Shown: positions 1-6,819 of the stretch, piece after piece
Layout: each line of letters starts with the position of its first letter
How positions within the stretch are numbered: the stretch's first letter is position 1
Origin: a virus
Taxonomy: Duplodnaviria; Heunggongvirae; Uroviricota; Caudoviricetes
DNA length: 10,652 nucleotides
Direction: 5' to 3' (one strand)
IMG/VR virus record: IMGVR_UViG_2671180884_000028
Coordinates: 1-10,652 of that record
The notes under the pieces: generated by a model
What the model was told of the DNA's origin: nothing
What the model saw: the letters and a program-made list of their open reading frames with translations, nothing else
The model's database searches: none
Program-made: the position numbers and the translations under genes

Positions 1-1242
1 ATGGCGAGAAAAACACCCCCATTAACCACAGTACAGATCAAAGCAGCCAGACCAGCAGAAAAGGAATACACCCTACAGGACGGCGGAGGGCTTTTTCTCC
101 TGATCAAACCGTCTGGATCAAAACTCTGGAGATTTTCCTACTACCGACCATCGGACAAAAAAAGAATATTGCTGAGTTTTGGATCGCTTGATGATGTTTC
201 CCTGGCTGATGCCAGAAAACGCCGTAGCGAGTACAGGGCGTTAATTCGTGCCGGAACTGACCCGCAGGACCACGAGAGGCAAAAAAGAGAGGCAGAGGCC
301 CGAAGACAAGGGAACACGTTCGAAAATGTGGCAACAGCATGGTACCAGGTGAAAATCAGCCAGAATCTGGCCCCCAATACGATTAAAGACATCTGGCGAT
401 CGCTGGAAAAATATGTATTCCCGTTCATCGGCAACACGCCAATAGACACCCTGACCGCTCGCAGGTTTGTTGAGGTGCTTACCCCCATCAAGGAACGTGG
501 CAACCTGGAAACGCTCAAGCGAGTTTTACAGCGTGTAAATGAGGTAATGGATTACGCCGCCAATAGTGGGATGATTGATGCCAATCCGGCTATGAATGTG
601 CGTAAGGCGTTCCCCTCCCCTGTAAAAAAACATATGCCAACAATCCGCCCCGAACAGCTGCCGGAGCTTATGCAGGCTTTATCAGTATCGGCAACAGAAC
701 GGCAGACCAGATTACTGATTGAATGGCAGTTACTGACCGTAACCCGTCCCGTTGAAGCATCGTCGGCACGCTGGGAAGAAATCGACATGGAGGCGCAACG
801 CTGGACCATACCCGCCGGACGCATGAAGATGCGCCGCGACCACGTTATCCCGCTTTGTGACCAGGCTATGGCAGTGCTGGAGGCTATGAAACCAATCAGC
901 CACCACCGCGATTATGTTTTCCCGAGTCTGAAAGACCCACGGCAGCCGATGAACAGCCAGACAGCAAACGCAGCATTACGACGCATGGGGTTCGCTGGCG
1001 TGCTGGTGTCTCATGGATTACGCGCCATATTCAGCACAGCAGCGAACGAGGAAGGATTCGAGCCGGACGTAATCGAGGCGGCACTTGCCCACGTCGACAC
1101 CAACGAAGTCAGACGGGCATACAACCGGAGCAACTACATAGAAAAACGCGTGGTGCTTATGCGCTGGTGGGGCGAATTTGTCGAGGCTGCGGCGACGGGC
1201 GTAACCCTCGCCAGTGGTAAAAGGGGTATCCGAGCCGTTTAG
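1..1242 (+). CDS. int: Tyrosine recombinase / integrase, P4-type (N-terminal arm-binding domain plus C-terminal catalytic domain)
   Basis: 413-aa ORF from ATG at 1 to TAG at 1240-1242. N-terminus (LTTVQIKAARPAEKEYTLQDGGGLFLLIKPSGSKLWRFSYY) is typical of the DUF4102 arm-binding domain of P4-like integrases. C-terminal region (HVIPL..., HGLRAIFSTAANEEGF..., RAYNRSNYIEKR) fits the tyrosine recombinase catalytic R..HxxR..Y pattern. Confidence 0.9.
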   Translation: MARKTPPLTTVQIKAARPAEKEYTLQDGGGLFLLIKPSGSKLWRFSYYRPSDKKRILLSFGSLDDVSLADARKRRSEYRALIRAGTDPQDHERQKREAEARRQGNTFENVATAWYQVKISQNLAPNTIKDIWRSLEKYVFPFIGNTPIDTLTARRFVEVLTPIKERGNLETLKRVLQRVNEVMDYAANSGMIDANPAMNVRKAFPSPVKKHMPTIRPEQLPELMQALSVSATERQTRLLIEWQLLTVTRPVEASSARWEEIDMEAQRWTIPAGRMKMRRDHVIPLCDQAMAVLEAMKPISHHRDYVFPSLKDPRQPMNSQTANAALRRMGFAGVLVSHGLRAIFSTAANEEGFEPDVIEAALAHVDTNEVRRAYNRSNYIEKRVVLMRWWGEFVEAAATGVTLASGKRGIRAV

Positions 1243-1340
1243 CTGTACAGAAAACCAGTAAAAACTACGAAAACCATTTAAAACCGTCGTATAATTGCAT
1301 CACATTTAACGACGAGGCCTTGAAAAATGAAACCGTTAAG

Positions 1341-1571
1341 ATGCAAACAAATTTCAGATGCAATTGCGACGGGCTGCAACTGGCCCTGATGGTTCAGCAT
1401 GAATTTTGGTCAACCTACGATCCGGAGGACAGAACGACGGCCCCATCAAAAAAACAGGTAGTAGATTTCCTGGTATCCCGTGGAGCTTCCAGAAATCTGG
1501 CTGTAAGTATTGATAAGGTTGTACGTCCGGCATCCATGAAGACCGGAGGCAGGCCAAAAAAATGGCGGTAA
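1341..1571 (+). CDS. Hypothetical small protein (76 aa from first ATG; ORF is open from TTG at 1320)
   Basis: Open frame ending TAA 1569-1571, preceded by a TATAAT hexamer at 1290-1295 and followed directly by a strong intrinsic terminator. No convincing Shine-Dalgarno; AGA/AGG codons present. An alternative 20-aa ORF from ATG 1327 has a better RBS (GAGG at 1313-1316). Could instead be a non-coding RNA. Confidence 0.3.
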   Translation: MQTNFRCNCDGLQLALMVQHEFWSTYDPEDRTTAPSKKQVVDFLVSRGASRNLAVSIDKVVRPASMKTGGRPKKWR

Positions 1572-1581
1572 CAATCCTGAA

Positions 1582-1605
1582 AGCGGCAGAAATGCCGCTT
1601 TTTTT
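1582..1605 (+). terminator. Rho-independent terminator
   Basis: Hairpin AGCGGCA-gaaa-TGCCGCT (7-bp stem, GAAA tetraloop) followed by a T-run of 7. Confidence 0.7.
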
Positions 1606-1632
1606 ATAAATCCCTTTCAAATCATCAATATA

Positions 1633-1720
1633 AAAAACGGTGTATACCGTTTAAAAACGGTGAGTACTGTTTTTCCCTGCATCCGATGATTTACCGTATT
1701 TCTCACCGGAATACACCGGA
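1633..1720 (+). promoter_or_regulatory. alpA upstream control region with repeated motifs
   Basis: Direct repeats AAAAACGGTG at 1633-1642 and 1653-1662 (20 bp apart), the first inside the inverted repeat AACGGT-gtat-ACCGTT (1636-1651). Direct repeats CACCGGA at 1704-1710 and 1714-1720 (10 bp apart), just upstream of the alpA RBS. Confidence 0.3.
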
Positions 1721-1738
1721 TTAATGAGGTAAATCACG

Positions 1739-1945
1739 ATGGAAGCAATCAAAAAAGTCATCTTTCGCCAGGAAGTAAAAAAACTTATCCATATTAAGGC
1801 AGACAGCACGCTGCAAAGCATGATCAACGCCGGAGAATTCCCGCAGGGTTTTCGTGTCGGTTTGCGCCGTCGCGGATGGTATGAGGAAGACGTAATCGCA
1901 TGGATGAAAGAACGCGAACAAGAAGCGCGCGGAACGACCGCTTAA
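1739..1945 (+). CDS. alpA: AlpA-family transcriptional regulator (prophage CP4-57 regulatory protein-like, HTH)
   Basis: 68 aa; ATG 1739, TAA 1943-1945; RBS TGAGG at 1725-1729. Sequence (FRQEVKKLIHIKADSTLQSMINAGEFPQGFRVGLRRRGWYEEDVIAWM) fits the AlpA/MerR-like HTH pattern (Φ..EV..L...STL...I..G.FP....VG.R..GW.E.DV..WM). Confidence 0.8.
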   Translation: MEAIKKVIFRQEVKKLIHIKADSTLQSMINAGEFPQGFRVGLRRRGWYEEDVIAWMKEREQEARGTTA

Positions 1946-2066
1946 CATATATAGGGCAAATGATGAACATAAAAAAAGCGGCCCCGAAATGGAGCCACCT
2001 TTCTGAACAATTAACCCGCTGCGCCGTATGTGTCAACAATCATAAGCCTGGGCATGATAACCGCGA

Positions 2067-2270
2067 TCAGGCTGGTGGGCAATTATCTTGCTTGTTGGGG
2101 CCGTATTGTGCTGCCATTTTCATCCGTTCAGAACGTGAATATTTTTTTAGAAACTCATCAAGGACAAAAGCGCATGGTGCGAATCTTTCTGATTCATGCT
2201 CGAGCGCCATATTTTCGTGCTCTCTGTTCGTTTTTTGCGATGGTGTATTGGTTGATTCTTTGTTGGTCAT
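2067..2270 (-). CDS. Hypothetical protein (67 aa), possible second gene downstream of the RHH repressor
   Basis: ATG at 2270 (minus strand), 57 bp downstream of the RHH gene stop on the same strand. Hydrophilic, no recognisable domain, weak RBS. Coding status uncertain. Confidence 0.2.
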   Translation of the reverse strand: MTNKESTNTPSQKTNREHENMALEHESERFAPCAFVLDEFLKKYSRSERMKMAAQYGPNKQDNCPPA

Positions 2271-2327
2271 TGTGTGTACCTGTAAAGCAATGCGCCGGAG
2301 TTCCTCACGCCACGGCGCTGATGGTTT

Positions 2328-2519
2328 TTATCCTTTGGGTTCTATGCCGCGCCGCTTTAGTTCAGTGCGCCCCAACTCTTTAAGCCAGTTGGCCAGGCTT
2401 ATGCCGTCGCTCTGTGCTTCTTTATCGAATTGCTCTTTTAGCTCTGGAGAAATTCGCATTCTGAATTGTGGGGATTGCCCGTCCCCTTTAGGGCTTTTAT
2501 CGCGTTTGATTGTTGACAA
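2328..2519 (-). CDS. Arc-like ribbon-helix-helix (RHH) DNA-binding protein, candidate island repressor
   Basis: The C-terminal 50 aa (SPQFRMRISPELKEQFDKEAQSDGISLANWLKELGRTEL) match the P22 Arc N-terminal beta-strand/helix pattern (MPQFNLRWPREVLDLVRKVAEENGRS...). Start is ambiguous: the ORF is open from TTG 2600; TTG 2519 is preceded by AGGTGA; ATG 2459 would remove the beta-strand. Stop TAA is the reverse complement of 2328-2330. Confidence 0.6.
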   Translation of the reverse strand: MSTIKRDKSPKGDGQSPQFRMRISPELKEQFDKEAQSDGISLANWLKELGRTELKRRGIEPKG

Positions 2520-2561
2520 GTGGTCACCTATTGAATTAGCCTTTCTATTGTTAGGTGACCA
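2513..2561. promoter_or_regulatory. Candidate operator/promoter: perfect 10-bp inverted repeat beside a consensus -35 hexamer
   Basis: TTGACA at 2513-2518; TGGTCACCTA at 2521-2530 and its exact reverse complement TAGGTGACCA at 2552-2561 (21-bp spacer). Lies between the RHH gene and the rightward early operon. No good -10 at canonical spacing, so the promoter call is tentative. Confidence 0.4.
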
Positions 2562-2653
2562 CCTTAACACAAGAGCACTTAAAAAAGCAAAGCCCCGCAA
2601 GTGTCATTACCACTCGCAGGGCTTCTAACCAACAACGTAAACTAGGAGCCGTT

Positions 2654-2848
2654 ATGGTTGCTGTAAATCATATACCACACCTTGTACACACACAAACTGC
2701 CTTTGTGTGGCGTTTTCTGGCACTGAGTGCCGGAGAATCTCAAATCATCCACGTAACCGCCTGGACGGAACGCGAAGCGCGTAACCGTTGCCCGTCCGGT
2801 TGTGTTGCTGTATTTGCCGCCCGTATTCGTCAGGAGGTAGGCTTATGA
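2654..2848 (+). CDS. Icd/Ash-like small protein (host cell-division-inhibitor-like family of P4-type elements)
   Basis: 64 aa from ATG 2654 with RBS AGGAG at 2644-2648. Motifs FVWRFLAL...TEREARNR...FAARI resemble the Icd-like family as recalled. The ORF track's longer version starts at GTG 2555 and would overlap the RHH gene. Confidence 0.5.
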   Translation: MVAVNHIPHLVHTQTAFVWRFLALSAGESQIIHVTAWTEREARNRCPSGCVAVFAARIRQEVGL

Positions 2849-3078
2849 GCCAGGAAATCACACTACAACAGGCAGCAGAACGCGCCCACCAAATCGAAGT
2901 TATTTGCGCACTGGCAGAGGATTACCCTGGCATGATGACCGACAGCGAATCAGGGGCAATCATCGGCTTACTTAAACGCCTTAGCGGTGAGGTCTGCGTA
3001 TTCCTGAGCGATGAACAGGAAAGAAGAACGCTTATTTCTAACGAAAAAAAATGCGGAGGGGTACACCATGTGCAATAA
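2845..3078 (+). CDS. Hypothetical protein (77 aa)
   Basis: ATG 2845 overlaps the upstream stop (ATGA at 2845-2848); RBS AGGAGG at 2832-2837. Confidence 0.55.
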   Translation: MSQEITLQQAAERAHQIEVICALAEDYPGMMTDSESGAIIGLLKRLSGEVCVFLSDEQERRTLISNEKKCGGVHHVQ

Positions 3079-3289
3079 CATCCGTCCGGACGCAGCAGCC
3101 GCCGCGCTCACTACGCTGATGCACGCGCTTATCGATATTGAATGCACTGCAGAGCTTGCGCAGGGAGAAGAACAGAAAGACCGGACACAGTTCGCCCTGG
3201 AATGTATCCGATACATCGCAACGCGGTCGCTGAATGACGCTAAAAATATTCTTGTTGCTGATTGTGAAAATGGGGGGGGTTATGCGTGA
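3068..3289 (+). CDS. Hypothetical protein (73 aa)
   Basis: ATG 3068 preceded by GGAGGGG (3055-3061). Overlaps the end of the upstream ORF by 11 nt. An in-frame ATG at 3011 lacks an RBS. Confidence 0.5.
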   Translation: MCNNIRPDAAAAALTTLMHALIDIECTAELAQGEEQKDRTQFALECIRYIATRSLNDAKNILVADCENGGGYA

Positions 3290-3515
3290 TGATCGTTTTA
3301 ATTCCCTGAAACAGGAATTTTCCGGCGTTCCTGATGATGCGGCTGATGCGCTTTCGTCAATGCCAGAACTTATTAGAGCGGCTTTTTTCTTACTTTCCAC
3401 GAGAGAATATAAATCAACGGGGCTTGATGTACTGAATATCGCCGCCGATTATGCGGAATATGTGGCAGAGGCGCGTTACAGAAGAAAATTTCCTGAGGAT
3501 GTAAGCCATGCGTGA
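3282..3515 (+). CDS. Hypothetical protein (77 aa)
   Basis: ATG 3282 preceded by a G-rich RBS (GGGGGGGG at 3272-3279). Overlaps the upstream stop at 3287-3289. Alternative ATG at 3234 has no RBS. Confidence 0.5.
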   Translation: MRDDRFNSLKQEFSGVPDDAADALSSMPELIRAAFFLLSTREYKSTGLDVLNIAADYAEYVAEARYRRKFPEDVSHA

Positions 3516-3741
3516 TATTTACCTCGAAACAATAGACCGCGCATTTCTTGCACTTTCTCACAGTGAAAGCATGATGGAAATATTACGCATATGGCTTGAA
3601 ACACTTGGCGACAATGAACGCGACAAACAAAAATCAAGAATTGCCACGGTATTAATAACGCTTCTTGAGCCTGTAATAATGGAACTGCAAGAAATAGACT
3701 TATTGCACGACAGATATAACGAACAGCACACCGGAGAATAA
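3508..3741 (+). CDS. Hypothetical protein (77 aa)
   Basis: ATG 3508 with GAGGA at 3495-3499; 8-nt overlap with the upstream ORF; stop TAA 3739-3741. Confidence 0.55.
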   Translation: MRDIYLETIDRAFLALSHSESMMEILRIWLETLGDNERDKQKSRIATVLITLLEPVIMELQEIDLLHDRYNEQHTGE

Positions 3742-3746
3742 AAATA

Positions 3747-4046
3747 ATGAAACTTAAATATTCTGGCTTAACTGCCAGTGGCAACACTCACCCTAAATTT
3801 ACGCGCGGTGATATTTACCGCGACCAGTACGGCGGCACGGTAATGATTAAGGGCGTGGCGGGACGGTGCGTAACTTACCGCCGTGAAGGTTACGAATATG
3901 ATTGCGTGATGCCTGTTTATCAGTTCCGGCGTGATTTTTCTCTGGTACAGACCGCGCCGCATAACGTGCCCACCAGCAACGCCAGAGCACGGGCAAACAT
4001 CCAGAAGCTGAAAACCATGATTAACGGATTCAGGGGTAAAAAATGA
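3747..4046 (+). CDS. Hypothetical protein (99 aa)
   Basis: ATG 3747 with GGAGAA at 3733-3738. Its stop overlaps the primase start (ATGA at 4043-4046), indicating translational coupling. Confidence 0.55.
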   Translation: MKLKYSGLTASGNTHPKFTRGDIYRDQYGGTVMIKGVAGRCVTYRREGYEYDCVMPVYQFRRDFSLVQTAPHNVPTSNARARANIQKLKTMINGFRGKK

Positions 4047-5797
4047 AACTGGCACCGAACGTAAAACAGCAGTCACGCGGCATAAAACACAAAGAAACAG
4101 AAGTCATTATTTTTGCGGGTAGTGATGCCTGGTCACACGCGAAACAATGGCAGGAACATGACGCGCGTATGGCCGGAGATAATGAGCCTCCTGTGTGGCT
4201 TGGGGAGCAGCAGTTATCAGAACTGGATAAGCTGCAAATTGTGCCGGAAGGCAGAAAATCCGTGCGCATATTCAGGGCCGGACATCTTGCACCAGTAATG
4301 ATCAAGGCGATTGGTCAAAAGCTGGCGGCGGCTGGTGTACAGGATGCAAATTTTTATCCTGAGGGTATGCACGGCAAGGAGGTGCAGAACTGGCGCGAAT
4401 ACCTGGCCCGTGAACGCCAGAATCTTTCTGATGGTCTGGTCATTGAGCTTCCGGTAAAGCAAAAGGCGCAACTTTCGCAGATGGCGGACAGTGAGCGCGC
4501 GCAGTTGCTTGTCGATCGCTTTGATGGCGTTTGCGTACATCCTGAAAGTGAAATCGTTCACGTATGGCGTGGCGGGGTATGGTGTCCGGTCAGCACAATG
4601 GAACTGAGCCGCGAAATGGTGGCGATCTATTCAGAGCACAGGGCCACTTTCAGCAAGCGCGTAATCAATAACGCCGTGGAAGCATTAAAAGTTATTGCCG
4701 AACCAATGGGCGAGCCGTCCGGCGATTTGTTGCCGTTCGCCAATGGTGCGCTTGACCTGAAAACAGGGGAATTTTCCCCGCACACGCCGGAGAACTGGAT
4801 CACCACGCACAACGGCATTGAATACACGCCACCAGCACCAGGGGAGAATATCCGCGACAACGCGCCAAACTTTCATAAATGGCTTGAGCACGCAGCCGGA
4901 AAAGACCCGCGCAAGATGATGCGTATATGTGCCGCGCTGTACATGATTATGGCGAACCGGTACGACTGGCAGATGTTTATTGAGGCCACCGGAGACGGCG
5001 GGAGCGGTAAAAGTACATTCACACACATAGCCAGCCTTCTGGCAGGGAAACAGAACACGGTAAGCGCTGAGATGACATCGCTTGATGATGCTGGTGGACG
5101 TGCGCAGGTTGTCGGGAGTCGTCTTATCGTCCTGGCAGACCAGCCGAAATATACAGGCGAAGGAACGGGCATCAAGAAAATCACGGGCGGCGACCCCGTG
5201 GAAATTAACCCGAAATATGAAAAGCGTTTCACGGCGGTAATCAGGGCGGTGGTGCTGGCGACCAATAACAATCCGATGATATTCACCGAACGGGCCGGAG
5301 GTGTGGCACGTCGTCGCGTGATTTTCCGTTTCGACAATATTGTTAGTGAGGCCGAAAAAGACAGGGAGCTACCGGAAAAAATTGCGGCTGAAATCCCCGT
5401 CATTATCCGCCGCTTGCTGGCGAACTTTACCGACCCTGAAAAGGCACGGGCTTTACTCATTGAGCAGCGTGACGGTGATGAAGCTCTGGCAATAAAGCAA
5501 CAGACGGATCCGGTTATTGAGTTTTGCCAGTTCCTGAATTTTCTGGAGGAAGCGCGCGGCCTGATGATGGGGGGCGGTGGCGATTCAGTGAAGTACACGA
5601 CCAGGAACAGCCTTTACCGCGTCTATCTGGCGTTTATGGCATACGCAGGCAGGAGCAAACCGCTAAACGTGGCTGAGTTCAGCAAGGCCATGAAGCCAGC
5701 GGCGAAAGTTTACGGGCATGAATATATTACGCGAAAAGTTAAGGGAGTAACGCAGACCAACGCAATTACAACAGACGATTGCGACGCGTTTTTATAA
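4043..5797 (+). CDS. Replication initiator: primase / SF3 helicase (P4 alpha-like / D5-family Pri-Rep protein)
   Basis: 584 aa. Walker A motif ATGDGGSGKST and Walker B-like RLIVLADQP in the C-terminal half. Size and layout match satellite primase-helicases. An iteron-rich origin lies immediately downstream. Confidence 0.85.
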   Translation: MKLAPNVKQQSRGIKHKETEVIIFAGSDAWSHAKQWQEHDARMAGDNEPPVWLGEQQLSELDKLQIVPEGRKSVRIFRAGHLAPVMIKAIGQKLAAAGVQDANFYPEGMHGKEVQNWREYLARERQNLSDGLVIELPVKQKAQLSQMADSERAQLLVDRFDGVCVHPESEIVHVWRGGVWCPVSTMELSREMVAIYSEHRATFSKRVINNAVEALKVIAEPMGEPSGDLLPFANGALDLKTGEFSPHTPENWITTHNGIEYTPPAPGENIRDNAPNFHKWLEHAAGKDPRKMMRICAALYMIMANRYDWQMFIEATGDGGSGKSTFTHIASLLAGKQNTVSAEMTSLDDAGGRAQVVGSRLIVLADQPKYTGEGTGIKKITGGDPVEINPKYEKRFTAVIRAVVLATNNNPMIFTERAGGVARRRVIFRFDNIVSEAEKDRELPEKIAAEIPVIIRRLLANFTDPEKARALLIEQRDGDEALAIKQQTDPVIEFCQFLNFLEEARGLMMGGGGDSVKYTTRNSLYRVYLAFMAYAGRSKPLNVAEFSKAMKPAAKVYGHEYITRKVKGVTQTNAITTDDCDAFL

Positions 5798-5810
5798 TTT
5801 TTTGTAAAAG

Positions 5811-6040
5811 CCCTCTACCCCATCTACCTGAATGAAATAAATACATATTATTCAACATGATAAGTGGGTAGAGGGCCAGGTAGAAGGCTAATAAAAGCTC
5901 TCTACCTCTTCTACCTGATTTTATCAGTTTCAGGTAGCAGGGTAGACGGTAGGTAGAGGAGCCCAAAAAGCTATCTACCCGCTGAAAGCCGCGCCATTAC
6001 TGACATGATGAGCATTCGGGTAGATGGGTAGAGGGGGGGA
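5811..6040. repeat. Iteron array / candidate origin of replication
   Basis: About 12 copies of a core TCTACC / GGTAGA motif arranged in clustered pairs in both orientations. Examples: CCCTCTACCCCATCTACCTGA (5811-5831), GGGTAGAGGGCCAGGTAGAAGG (5865-5886), CTCTCTACCTCTTCTACCTGA (5899-5919), AGGTAGCAGGGTAGACGGTAGGTAGAGGA (5932-5960), GGGTAGATGGGTAGAGGGG (6018-6036). An AT-rich stretch sits at 5831-5862. Confidence 0.6.
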
Positions 6041-6080
6041 GGCACAACTAAAAACTTTTTAAACGAGGGGGTGAAAATAA

Positions 6081-6395
6081 ATGCGCATACATCAAAATCA
6101 CTTAACAAACATGCCAGCCGAAAACATGAATCAGGGGCGACAAATGACCAAAATTCGCAGAGACAGAACAGAGCCAAAATATAAAGCGTTAGACATGACT
6201 GAGCATACCTTAAAGGTGGCAATCAGAACGATAGACCGCCACGCGGGGGAAGGATACGCGAAAGCACATCCCGACATGATAAGCGCATTCATGACCACGA
6301 CGGCGGCAAATTTTGCCACGCTGACAGAGCGGGAGATTGCGGAAGCTGAACAGGTGACAACCATCAACGTTAAAAACGTAGAGGTGGAATCATGA
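6081..6395 (+). CDS. Hypothetical protein (104 aa)
   Basis: ATG 6081 with RBS GAGGGGG (6065-6071). Stop overlaps the ssb start (ATGA at 6392-6395). Confidence 0.55.
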   Translation: MRIHQNHLTNMPAENMNQGRQMTKIRRDRTEPKYKALDMTEHTLKVAIRTIDRHAGEGYAKAHPDMISAFMTTTAANFATLTEREIAEAEQVTTINVKNVEVES

Positions 6396-6809
6396 CAGCA
6401 CAGATAGCGGCTTACGGGCGGCTGGTGGCTGGTGGCTGACCCACAGTTAAAGACCACCAGCAAGGGCACACAAATGACGATGGCGAGTATGGCGGTTCCC
6501 CTGACATGCAGCCAGGCTGATGACGGAACGGCGACGATGTGGTTATCCGTCCTGGCGTTTGGCAGACAGGCCGACGCACTGGCAAAACACCGCAAAGGCG
6601 AGCTGGTGAGCGTGGCGGGTAACATGCAGGTAAGCCAGTGGACAGGCCAGAACGGCGAAACGCGGCAGGGCTGGCAGGTTATCGCAGACAGTGTAATCAG
6701 TGCCCGTGCTGCCCGTCCTGGCGGGAGCAGACGTACAACCACAGGCACACAGGGTAATCAGCCACCAGCGGGAGGCGATGACCCTTACGGTGACGGTATT
6801 CCGTTCTGA
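6392..6809 (+). pseudogene. ssb: Single-stranded DNA-binding protein (SSB-like), disrupted by a frameshift
   Basis: ATG 6392 opens MTAQIAAYGRLVAGG and then hits TGA at 6437-6439. The rest of the protein continues in the +1 frame (ADPQLKTTSKGTQMTMASMAVPL...GWQVIADSVISA...DDPYGDGIPF) with the SSB acidic DIPF tail. A tandem 7-bp duplication GCTGGTG/GCTGGTG at 6421-6434 accounts for the shift; removing one copy restores ...GRLVADPQLK... in frame. Confidence 0.65.
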
Positions 6810-6819
6810 GGGGGTGACG

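Noticed and set aside
1-60. tRNA gene or att site at the integrase end
   Set aside because: The window begins exactly at the int start codon, so the upstream attachment site and any target tRNA are outside the sequence. Nothing tRNA-like was seen inside the window.
1900-2628. 242-aa plus-strand ORF spanning the alpA 3' end through the RHH gene region
   Set aside because: Translation is Ser/Cys/Arg-rich and low-complexity, overlaps the end of alpA and runs antisense to the well-supported RHH gene. It is most likely a chance open frame.
2555-2848. Longer N-terminal extensions offered by the ORF track (GTG 2555, TTG 2788, GTG 6700, ATG 3011, ATG 3234)
   Set aside because: Each extension lacks an RBS and would overlap the preceding gene extensively. 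Internal ATG starts with good Shine-Dalgarno sequences and ATGA-type coupling were preferred.
4217-5598. Minus-strand ORFs inside the primase-helicase gene (4217-4561, 4685-5026, 4873-5598)
   Set aside because: They lie antisense within a strongly supported 584-aa gene with Walker motifs, and their translations are Arg/Ser/Pro-rich with no motifs. Treated as shadow ORFs.
5811-6040. Possible CRISPR array, given the short repeated motifs
   Set aside because: Repeats are 6-9 bp cores in both orientations with irregular spacing and no uniform spacers or cas genes. The pattern is that of replication iterons.
6421-6439. Programmed ribosomal frameshift in ssb
   Set aside because: There is no slippery heptamer or downstream structure. 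A simple 7-bp tandem duplication explains the shift, so a mutation or sequencing indel is more parsimonious.
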